UHGV virus genome: UHGV-0277743
Length of the DNA stretch: 11,098 bases
Reading direction: 5' to 3' (one strand)
Source of the DNA: a virus
Numbering within the stretch: the first letter of the stretch is position 1; every line of letters starts with the position of its first letter. Under the pieces are notes generated by a model. It was not told where the DNA came from and did no database searches. It saw only the letters and a program-made list of their open reading frames with translations. The translations under genes were made by a program, and so were the position numbers. Positions 1 through 6,034 of the stretch are shown here, in pieces.

Positions 1-135
1 GTTAACGTCACGCACGTGGACGAATGTTTTTGTGGAGTCACTACACGAGCAGAGAAAGCCATCTACGACCAGAAATTCTCTGGCGCAGCCGCCGACCTTC
101 TCAACGCTAACACCATCGACCGTAATTTCTGACAT
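1..135 (-). CDS. hypothetical protein, 5' portion only (ORF runs off the window start)
   Basis: ATG at 133-135 on minus strand, frame open through position 1 ([16 protein letters not shown]...). Absent from the ORF track because it has no in-window stop. No strong SD and no recognisable motif. Confidence 0.3.
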   Translation of the reverse strand, partial: MSEITVDGVSVEKVGGCAREFLVVDGFLCSCSDSTKTFVHVRDVN

Positions 136-269
136 AGTTAAGGCATCCGCTCCTACCACCAGAAAATGATAAACTTTGCTTGTATCTGCTCTATTAATGC
201 CAGACTTTGCTGTCATATTGCTGGATTTTGGCGACATACCAGCCAGTGAAAATATCTTCTTCTGGGCGG

Positions 270-452
270 TTAGCATTTGTTAACCTCCGCGAACTCCTTC
301 ATGAAACGTGCCAGCGGTTGTACGCATGGCGATTGATACCCGTCGCGATAAAACGTCACTCGGTTGTGAGACACGCTTTCGACAGTAACGAGTGCTCCGT
401 GGGCATCTTTGTAGCGTTTTTGGGGTTGTGGTGTTCCTGTCGGCTTAAACAT
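270..452 (-). CDS. small hypothetical protein (60 aa)
   Basis: Internal ATG of track ORF 270..539, preceded by GGAGG with a 6-nt spacer. The longer N-terminal extension would overlap the upstream antirepressor gene by about 95 nt, so I use the ATG at 452. Product MFKPTGTPQPQKRYKDAHG...; no motif recognised. Confidence 0.45.
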   Translation of the reverse strand: MFKPTGTPQPQKRYKDAHGALVTVESVSHNRVTFYRDGYQSPCVQPLARFMKEFAEVNKC

Positions 453-1278
453 GGACCGCCTCCAGACGCTTGGCGAGCCAGCGTTGCGACAGGCGGGTGA
501 GTTCTCCTTTGCGCTGCTCATATTCCATGCCCATATCAATTAACGTGATATTGGTGCTTTCGAGATATGAGAGGTGCTCAAGCTGTTCTGCGTTCATATG
601 GTCGCGAGGTTCGCCAGAATAGCCATTTATCCGCGCCCACTGCTTAGCAGTTAGCCCACCAAGAACGATACGAGAAATCATATTGCTCTCGTTTGTGTAG
701 TGGTGTTGCTGCGTCGTTTTCCCCTGCTCGGCACGGGCCATATTCAGCGCATCGCACATTGGCTTAAAGTTGTTTGCGGCACTAATACGGGCTTTTAGCT
801 GGCGACGATAGCGGGCGGCGATTTCAGGCACGCTACGCTGTAATTCTTCCTCGCACTGGATGAAATAACGACGGATAGCGCGACCCTGATCATTGCGTTC
901 GATCATTGCCAGTTCTTTCGCCATTCCGACACTTAACAGATAGTCTTTGCCGGGTCTGCCAGAGTGCTTAATCTTGCTGTAAGCCGCGCCATTCGGGCTT
1001 TTCCCCAAATTTGGGGAAATTGTTTTATGGACTGAGTAATCGTGCCCAATGGTGAAGTCATATTCAGAGATGCGATCAGTGATCCATGTAGAGAAGTCTT
1101 TTCCCACGCCCAACGCTTTGTGTAACGCTTTTGCGCTAACAATATTGGTTTCACGCCCACCGATATGACCAGGAATAACCGGGACAATTGCGGCAAATTC
1201 ATTACCGTTAATTGTGCCCAGAGAGGCGTTCAGATGAGGGGCGGCCTCAGAAATTAATCTGCTTTTTTCGATGTTCAT
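445..1278 (-). CDS. phage antirepressor-family protein (AntA/KilA-C-like N-terminal half)
   Basis: 277-aa ORF. The N-terminal half carries the pattern I associate with phage antirepressor domains (..NIVSAKALHKALGVGKDFSTWITDRISEYDF..GHDY.. and ..DYLLSVGMAKELAMIERNDQGRAIRRYFIQCEEEL). Same strand and downstream of alpA. Family assignment is from memory of the motif, not from a search. Confidence 0.65.
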   Translation of the reverse strand: MNIEKSRLISEAAPHLNASLGTINGNEFAAIVPVIPGHIGGRETNIVSAKALHKALGVGKDFSTWITDRISEYDFTIGHDYSVHKTISPNLGKSPNGAAYSKIKHSGRPGKDYLLSVGMAKELAMIERNDQGRAIRRYFIQCEEELQRSVPEIAARYRRQLKARISAANNFKPMCDALNMARAEQGKTTQQHHYTNESNMISRIVLGGLTAKQWARINGYSGEPRDHMNAEQLEHLSYLESTNITLIDMGMEYEQRKGELTRLSQRWLAKRLEAVHV

Positions 1279-1290
1279 TTTCAGTCTCCG

Positions 1291-1722
1291 TTAGGCGGCG
1301 TTAAACGCGTCCGGGTAGAGTTTCAGAATGTCGGCAATTTCCTGCTGAGAAAGTCCGTTGTGATCATTTATGTTCGCAAGATGGTTAATATGAGTGATCA
1401 CTTTCAGAACATCACCACGGCAGGAGAAACGGTAGCGAAGGTGTGTTCCGATACCATCAGGATTCTTTTCGTCGATACGCTCCAGAGTGATTCCAAGCTG
1501 GCGTTCTAACTCTGTTGCATAGTTACGACCAGAAGACAGATGGCAGTAGCGAAGAATGTCATTTTCTGTCCATCCCTCTATACCAGTACGCAGCATATAG
1601 ACTCTGGCACGATGCTTTTTCGGTGTGCGCTTTGGTGCTTGAAGGGATTTTGTAAGGGGCGTAACATCAGATACGCGAATATCTGAATTAGCCGCCTGTA
1701 ATGGGCGGTTTTTCTTTTCCAT
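1291..1722 (-). CDS. hypothetical protein (143 aa), basic N-terminus
   Basis: Start ATG 1720-1722 overlaps the alpA stop (TGATG arrangement), suggesting translational coupling. Lys/Arg-rich N-terminal stretch (PKRTPKKHRAR). No domain recognised. Confidence 0.6.
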   Translation of the reverse strand: MEKKNRPLQAANSDIRVSDVTPLTKSLQAPKRTPKKHRARVYMLRTGIEGWTENDILRYCHLSSGRNYATELERQLGITLERIDEKNPDGIGTHLRYRFSCRGDVLKVITHINHLANINDHNGLSQQEIADILKLYPDAFNAA

Positions 1723-1925
1723 CAGGCCACCTTCCCGCGGCGTTCTGCCAGCCAGTTGTGAATCTCAACCGCATCAAACGCAGTTATTTTTTCTCCCAGC
1801 TTTACCGGACGTGGTAGTGAACCGTTTCTTACTTTACGGTCGATGGTGGATACACTAACGCCCAGCAATTCAGCTAGGCGGAAGCGTCTGATATAGCCTT
1901 TTGTAGGAATAGTGTCGGTGTTCAT
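1722..1925 (-). CDS. alpA: AlpA-family prophage regulatory protein / excisionase-like HTH
   Basis: 67-aa product with the AlpA/Vis-type signature: FRLAELLGVSVSTIDRKVRNGSLPRPVKLGEKITAFDAVEIHNWLAERRG (HTH followed by a conserved W). Size and position next to an integrase are typical. Confidence 0.8.
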   Translation of the reverse strand: MNTDTIPTKGYIRRFRLAELLGVSVSTIDRKVRNGSLPRPVKLGEKITAFDAVEIHNWLAERRGKVA

Positions 1926-1994
1926 GCTTCCCGTAACCTCTTAGCGATAGTTGTTGCTTCGTTACGGGAGGAAGTATCTGTACATATATGAACA

Positions 1995-2023
1995 ATAAAA
2001 AGGCACAGTAATGATACTGTGCC
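1995..2023 (-). terminator. intrinsic terminator downstream of the AT-rich orphan gene
   Basis: Minus-strand RNA reads GGCACAGUA-ucau-UACUGUGCC followed by UUUUUAUU: a 9-bp stem, 4-nt loop and U-tract, 17 nt after the stop at 2040. Confidence 0.65.
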
Positions 2024-2039
2024 TGAATAGTTAGCTACT

Positions 2040-3005
2040 CTACCCCTTACCGTTGGCGGCAGCACGTAAGTGTCTCAAAATCACATCTTCATTTGTGATT
2101 GCTAACGGTGGAATTTCGTCTTTATGAGCCACTATGCAATCCCGCCACTTCTCAGGGCTTATTTCTTTCTTTTTGCCACGGCATTCATCAGGATACTTTG
2201 ACAAAAGATATATTGCTGATTTGAAAAGTTTTTCCCTGTTTTCAGCATGTCTCTCGGCATTATGGTTGCTATTTTTTATTTCAGGTATTAGTTCCTGTTC
2301 TACCGCCATTTCGTATCGTTTTTTGCTCTTAGCTGCGTCAAAACTTCCATTAACCTTTGCGTCGTGAAGGTATTCTAAATCAGCCTTTGTTATATAAATG
2401 TTTTTATCTGACAGGCTACTCAGGTGAATCTGGGAACTTTGCATTTTGAATTTATATAGATCACAATCAAATGTTGCTTCAAGTCGCACATATGGCTCTC
2501 CACATTCTTGTGAATGATAATGTCGTGTTGTACTACCGCGTACACGCAACAATCCACATGCAATTGATTTTCTTACAATAAAAGAGTTTTTGCCAATTTG
2601 TTCAAAAACATTTTTATTGTCTCTGTCTTCAACTGTCAGTGGTTTATGTGCATAAAATAGCTCATAAGCACCGCTTTCAGATGCTGGGATATAAACTTCG
2701 TTGCTTGCGCTGGTAATAAGAAAAGGAAATGTAAACCTTACTTCTTCTGGGTACATAAGTAATAAATCAGTTATAAAATCAGCATCTTTTTTGAAGTGGA
2801 TGGTGGCATCAGCTTCAATGAAATCAAGAAAGTCAGCATAGACATAAAAGTCTATATGTAGTCTATCTTTCCAATGCCATATATCATCAATTTCACAATT
2901 TAATAATTTTGATGCTCGCTCTATCGTGCAGTAGTCCAAAGGTGGGATACCTGATTCCTGCCATAAATTTCTATGCACCGCAGTTGTTTCATGAGAGTCG
3001 TTCAT
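2040..3005 (-). CDS. hypothetical protein (321 aa), AT-rich orphan gene in the integrase-alpA slot
   Basis: Complete ORF with AAGGTG 5 nt before the ATG at 3005 and its own terminator downstream. Hand counts on sample stretches give 32-37% GC, against about 57% in a sample of the integrase gene. No P-loop or other catalytic motif recognised. Confidence 0.7.
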   Translation of the reverse strand: MNDSHETTAVHRNLWQESGIPPLDYCTIERASKLLNCEIDDIWHWKDRLHIDFYVYADFLDFIEADATIHFKKDADFITDLLLMYPEEVRFTFPFLITSASNEVYIPASESGAYELFYAHKPLTVEDRDNKNVFEQIGKNSFIVRKSIACGLLRVRGSTTRHYHSQECGEPYVRLEATFDCDLYKFKMQSSQIHLSSLSDKNIYITKADLEYLHDAKVNGSFDAAKSKKRYEMAVEQELIPEIKNSNHNAERHAENREKLFKSAIYLLSKYPDECRGKKKEISPEKWRDCIVAHKDEIPPLAITNEDVILRHLRAAANGKG

Positions 3006-3100
3006 TGCGTCACCTTTTACGCTGCGCCTTATTTTGTGATTGAGCCAGGCGGTAAGGCTTCCCGCTTTTCGCCCCGTCGAGCTAGGCTCAATCTATTCAG

Positions 3101-4360
3101 TTAGTTCGCCCTTCTGAGAGGCGTTACGTTGTAGTCTTTTCCGCTTTCCAGTGCCACCAGCAGATCAGCCCACAGTGCCAGTGCTGCTTTACGCTCATCA
3201 AAATACTGATGGCGGTTATAAATCCCCTCTACGCCCTTAATGCGATGATTGAGGCATCGTTCCGCCACGACAGGATCAACACCCAACGCTGCTAAATGAG
3301 TACGTGCGGTGCGTCGGAAGTCGTGAATCGTGAAATTAGGCACATCCGGCATTTCGGCGCGAACCTTAGCCAGTGCTACGGGTAAAGTGCTTTCCTGAAT
3401 ATGTGGGATCATTCTGTTTTGCATTTTCCTGGCTGGAAGCACCCATGCGCTATTACATGAAAAGGTGTGTAGCTCTCTCAACCATTCAACGGCTGGGGAA
3501 GGTAGAGGTATATCAATAGGGTCTCCGTTTTTGCTGCGTTCTTCCGGCAAATGCCATACCGCACCATCTAAATCAAACTCTTCCCATCGTGCGGCGCATA
3601 ACTCCATCTTACGAACGCATAGTGCCAGCAATAGCTTAAATGTCAGTTCGTTCTGGCGGCTGAATCCTTTTGCGGTGCGCATAGCCTCGAATAGCCTGAT
3701 AAGCTCATCGCGAGTTAGCCAACGGTCGCGGGAAACCTCTTTACCACCAGCATCAGATACTTCAAACGCTGAACAAGGGTTTATCTCCAGAGCGTGGCGT
3801 TTTATCCCGTAGTCAAAGATACGGCGTGTCCAGCGTAATACATCTGTTGCTATCGTTGGTGCTCCTCGGTCAACGATACCTTTCAACATGTCGTCAATGT
3901 GGCGTGGCTTAACGTCCTCTACCTTCATATGCCCAATGCAGGGGTTAATATCCTTATCAATTCTCCGGCGAAGGATATCGGGATGTTTCCATCTCGGAAG
4001 TATCTGGCGCTCGAAGTATTCGGAGGCCAGATCTGAAACACGCATGGCGTTTTTCTCAGCCTCCATTTTTGCCAGTGCTTCAGCTTTTCGTTCCTGTTTC
4101 TCTGCTGCTACGTCATAGCCAAGAGCAACTCTGGCTGACAGCTCTTTGGCTGTCTCTCTGGCCTTTGATAGTGATAGCTCGCTATACGAACCAATTAGCA
4201 TGGCGCGGGACTTCCCTGCGAGTTTATAGCGGAATCTCCATGTGGGGGTTTTGTCGGCTTCACGGTAACGTAGGTATAAACCGTTACCGTCTGCCCGCCC
4301 CTCGAATCGCTCTCCGCTCTTAATCCATGCGCGGATCTGCATGTCTGTTAGTTTTGGCAT
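3101..4360 (-). CDS. int: tyrosine integrase, P4 family
   Basis: N-terminus MPKLTDMQIRAWIKSGERFEGRADGNGLYLRY matches the arm-binding domain pattern of P4-type integrases. C-terminus carries HDFRRT and CLNHRIKGVEGIYNRHQY (the H-x-x-R and catalytic Tyr region). Start trimmed from the track value 4501 to the ATG at 4358-4360, because the conserved N-terminus begins there and the extension would run through a terminator hairpin. Confidence 0.9.
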   Translation of the reverse strand: MPKLTDMQIRAWIKSGERFEGRADGNGLYLRYREADKTPTWRFRYKLAGKSRAMLIGSYSELSLSKARETAKELSARVALGYDVAAEKQERKAEALAKMEAEKNAMRVSDLASEYFERQILPRWKHPDILRRRIDKDINPCIGHMKVEDVKPRHIDDMLKGIVDRGAPTIATDVLRWTRRIFDYGIKRHALEINPCSAFEVSDAGGKEVSRDRWLTRDELIRLFEAMRTAKGFSRQNELTFKLLLALCVRKMELCAARWEEFDLDGAVWHLPEERSKNGDPIDIPLPSPAVEWLRELHTFSCNSAWVLPARKMQNRMIPHIQESTLPVALAKVRAEMPDVPNFTIHDFRRTARTHLAALGVDPVVAERCLNHRIKGVEGIYNRHQYFDERKAALALWADLLVALESGKDYNVTPLRRAN

Positions 4361-4390
4361 TTTGCGAATATCCAAACTTTGAATAGGGGG

Positions 4391-4442
4391 TGTACCCAAA
4401 GCAATGTACCCAAACCTCATTGGGTACACCTTTGTGTACACC
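4391..4442. promoter_or_regulatory. GTAC-core operator-like repeats in the int promoter region
   Basis: Two TGTACCCAAA copies (4391-4400, 4405-4414) followed by TGGGTACACC-TTT-GTGTACACC (4421-4442). The near-palindrome GGTGTACACC gives dyad symmetry. Sits 30-80 bp upstream of the int start codon. Confidence 0.45.
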
Positions 4443-4482
4443 ATAATCATGCGCTTTGTTGCGTCGTTATGATAGCTCATGA

Positions 4483-4513
4483 TAACAAAAAAGCCCGACA
4501 TTTCGCGGGCTTT
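4483..4513 (-). terminator. intrinsic terminator between the two-gene cassette and int
   Basis: Minus-strand RNA reads AAAGCCCG-cgaaaugu-CGGGCUUU followed by UUUGUUAUC. The same hairpin on the plus strand is followed by TATGGTTTTTT, so it may act in both directions, less well on the plus strand. Confidence 0.55.
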
Positions 4514-4632
4514 ATGGTTTTTTGCTGCTTGGTGATTTTTGCTGATAGCTTATTCGATATTCTGAATCTGTTTATTGAGTATGAGCCTCTATGCTGCGTG
4601 GTTACTGGATTCCTTGTAATGCTTCTTATAAT

Positions 4633-4655
4633 TAGGTACACCCATGTGTACACGG
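4633..4655. promoter_or_regulatory. second copy of the palindromic GGTACACC-n3-GTGTACAC module
   Basis: TAGGTACACC-CAT-GTGTACACGG aligns with 4421-4442 (TGGGTACACC-TTT-GTGTACACC). The GTAC cores are 12 bp apart in both copies. The two copies flank the terminator hairpin. Confidence 0.45.
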
Positions 4656-4791
4656 TATTTTGAGGTGCTGTCTTTGGCTGCTCATTTTATGCTCTCGTGC
4701 TTGCTGTTCTGGGCTACGTGCCAAACCGCAGCGAATACCTCCGTCTGCCAGATGAGCAAAACATACCTTATAAAGAAAATCGCTGTTTTTG

Positions 4792-4894
4792 CTGTACCAC
4801 CTGTACCACCATGTCACAAACCCTTGTGTGACGCGGCCTGCAGGTGGTACAGGTGGGTAAAAATGACCTCTCCCCACCTGTACAGACCTGTACC
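4792..4894. repeat. iteron cluster B with nested inverted repeats (candidate ori or attP core region)
   Basis: The 9-mer GGTACAGGT or its complement occurs at 4799-4807 (-), 4847-4855 (+) and 4886-4894 (-), with related copies at 4792-4798 and 4876-4884. A perfect 14-bp inverted repeat CCACCTGTACCACC (4797-4810) / GGTGGTACAGGTGG (4843-4856) encloses an inner 6-bp inverted repeat GTCACA (4813-4818) / TGTGAC (4827-4832) with an 8-bp spacer. Confidence 0.5.
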
Positions 4895-4900
4895 ATTTAT

Positions 4901-5638
4901 TTAATTTTTACCCATAGCAGCACATAATCCCTTTTTTGAAATATTGAAAAATGCGTTCATTCTTCCCGCTGGCTTAACCTTGTAGCCGCTTGCCACCATC
5001 GCCGCAATAAATGCTCCGTTGGGGATATAGTGCGGGTGATCACTGTGCTGGTGGTTTATCTGGTTATATCGCTCCACTTCATGCTTCAACGTGTCAGATG
5101 TGGGGTTATCCTGCGGGAAGCTCTCAATCTGGGCATTACTCATCCCGTTGTCTCTGATCCATCTCAGGCAGCTTTTCGCCGATACGATAAATGACGGGTT
5201 ATCAAGCGGGTTTTCCCAGTCCGCATTCCGGTTGTGGAGCGCCAGTCCGTCAAGGTTAAATTGTGGGTATTCAGCGGTAATTACTGTCACTGCGTGGCGG
5301 ATTTCAGTCTCGTCACAACATGGCTCATCTCCCACACCAGCAGGGTAATAATCTGAACCACCGGGACTGATACAGCGTTTACCACTGAAAGGCCATTGCT
5401 TCGCCATTTCGGGTGTTGAGTGATTACCGTCGCTCCGTTCGCGCTGTGCCTCTGTCCACTGGCTGGCATATTCAGTAAATGAAACCCTTTGCCCCTGACG
5501 CATCCAGTGCGCAATCATAATTAAAGTGCGTTCCAGACTTTGGATGTCGCCAGCATTCCCGCACTGTGTAGCGAAACTTTTTAATTCTTCGCGCTCCGTT
5601 CTGGTCATTCCCTGCGGTATGCAATAGTTATTGCTCAT
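4901..5638 (-). CDS. hypothetical protein (245 aa), second gene of a two-gene cassette
   Basis: ATG at 5636-5638 preceded by AGAGAGGT with a 5-nt spacer. Overlaps the upstream 76-aa gene by 11 nt. His-rich C-terminal patch (INHQHSDHPHYIPNG). No family recognised. Confidence 0.65.
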   Translation of the reverse strand: MSNNYCIPQGMTRTEREELKSFATQCGNAGDIQSLERTLIMIAHWMRQGQRVSFTEYASQWTEAQRERSDGNHSTPEMAKQWPFSGKRCISPGGSDYYPAGVGDEPCCDETEIRHAVTVITAEYPQFNLDGLALHNRNADWENPLDNPSFIVSAKSCLRWIRDNGMSNAQIESFPQDNPTSDTLKHEVERYNQINHQHSDHPHYIPNGAFIAAMVASGYKVKPAGRMNAFFNISKKGLCAAMGKN

Positions 5639-5858
5639 GTTTTACCTCTCTGATTTCTGCTGCCATATCTGTTGGCTCTATACAGCCGTCCCGACTTGCC
5701 ACGCAGGGAATAATGATTTCAACGGTATCGCCGTCAATACACATTTCAACATTCGCCCATGCCGCAATGGGTAGCCAGTCTGAACGCCCCTCAAACCGTA
5801 GCTGCCAGCCAGAGGAAGAAGCTAACTGGCGCACTTTGTAAAATGGTGTGCTCATCAT
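5628..5858 (-). CDS. hypothetical protein (76 aa), first gene of the two-gene cassette
   Basis: Tandem ATG ATG at 5858-5853 with GAGAGGG 8 nt upstream. Stop overlaps the start of the 245-aa gene. No HTH or other motif recognised. Confidence 0.55.
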   Translation of the reverse strand: MMSTPFYKVRQLASSSGWQLRFEGRSDWLPIAAWANVEMCIDGDTVEIIIPCVASRDGCIEPTDMAAEIREVKHEQ

Positions 5859-5902
5859 TGGTTGTTCCCTCTCAGCCAGCCAGAAGAAATGCGTTTGTTA
5901 AT

Positions 5903-6005
5903 GGTATAGGTGGTACAGGTCTGGTATAGGTAAGACATTGACCTGTACCACTATAACACATTGTTTTTAATGCTGAATTAGCAAAGTGGTATAGGTGGTA
6001 CAGGT
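5903..6005. repeat. iteron cluster A immediately downstream of the primase-helicase gene (crr/ori-like)
   Basis: Identical 18-mer GGTATAGGTGGTACAGGT at 5903-5920 and 5988-6005; partial copy GGTATAGGT at 5923-5931; inverted copy ACCTGTACCACTATA at 5941-5955. The basic unit is the 9-mer GGTAYAGGT. Flanked by AT-rich sequence (6006-6034). Confidence 0.6.
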
Positions 6006-6034
6006 AAAAACGATCTTCTTGTAAAAAGACTATA

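Noticed and set aside
207-500. Plus-strand ORF 207..500 (97 aa)
   Set aside because: It is antisense to the small minus-strand gene and the antirepressor 3' end, and has no SD or recognisable motif.
453-539. N-terminal extension of the small ORF 270..539
   Set aside because: It would overlap the 3' end of the antirepressor gene by about 95 nt, whereas the internal ATG at 452 has a GGAGG SD at ideal spacing.
933-1202. Minus-strand ORF 933..1202 and other internal alternative-frame ORFs (2134..2367, 5091..5348, 5287..5514, 8743..9141, 9002..9472, 10566..10781)
   Set aside because: Each is embedded in, or antisense to, a longer better-supported gene and has no independent translation signal.
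3465-4323. Plus-strand ORFs 3465..3812, 3888..4118 and 4069..4323
   Set aside because: They lie antisense within the integrase gene, have no convincing SD, and translate to low-complexity Ser/Leu/Arg-rich sequence typical of shadow ORFs.
4361-4501. N-terminal extension of the integrase ORF to the ATG at 4499-4501
   Set aside because: The conserved P4-type integrase N-terminus begins at the ATG at 4358-4360. The extension would start inside the loop of a terminator hairpin and cross the operator-like repeats.
4361-4900. A tRNA or tmRNA 3' fragment marking the att site next to int
   Set aside because: By eye I found no tRNA-like acceptor/T-arm sequence (GGTTCGA-type) in the intergenic region. 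A proper tRNAscan or alignment to host tRNA genes is needed, so att remains unassigned.
4379-4904. ORFs 4379..4663 (+), 4632..4877 (-) and 4644..4904 (+) in the int upstream region
   Set aside because: They run through the terminator hairpin and repeat clusters, lack SDs, and translate to Cys/Trp-rich sequences. The region is better explained as regulatory and repeat DNA.
4792-6005. Possibility that the repeat clusters are a CRISPR array
   Set aside because: The repeat units are 9-18 bp, occur in both orientations with irregular spacing, and have no uniform spacers. That is iteron or operator architecture, not CRISPR.
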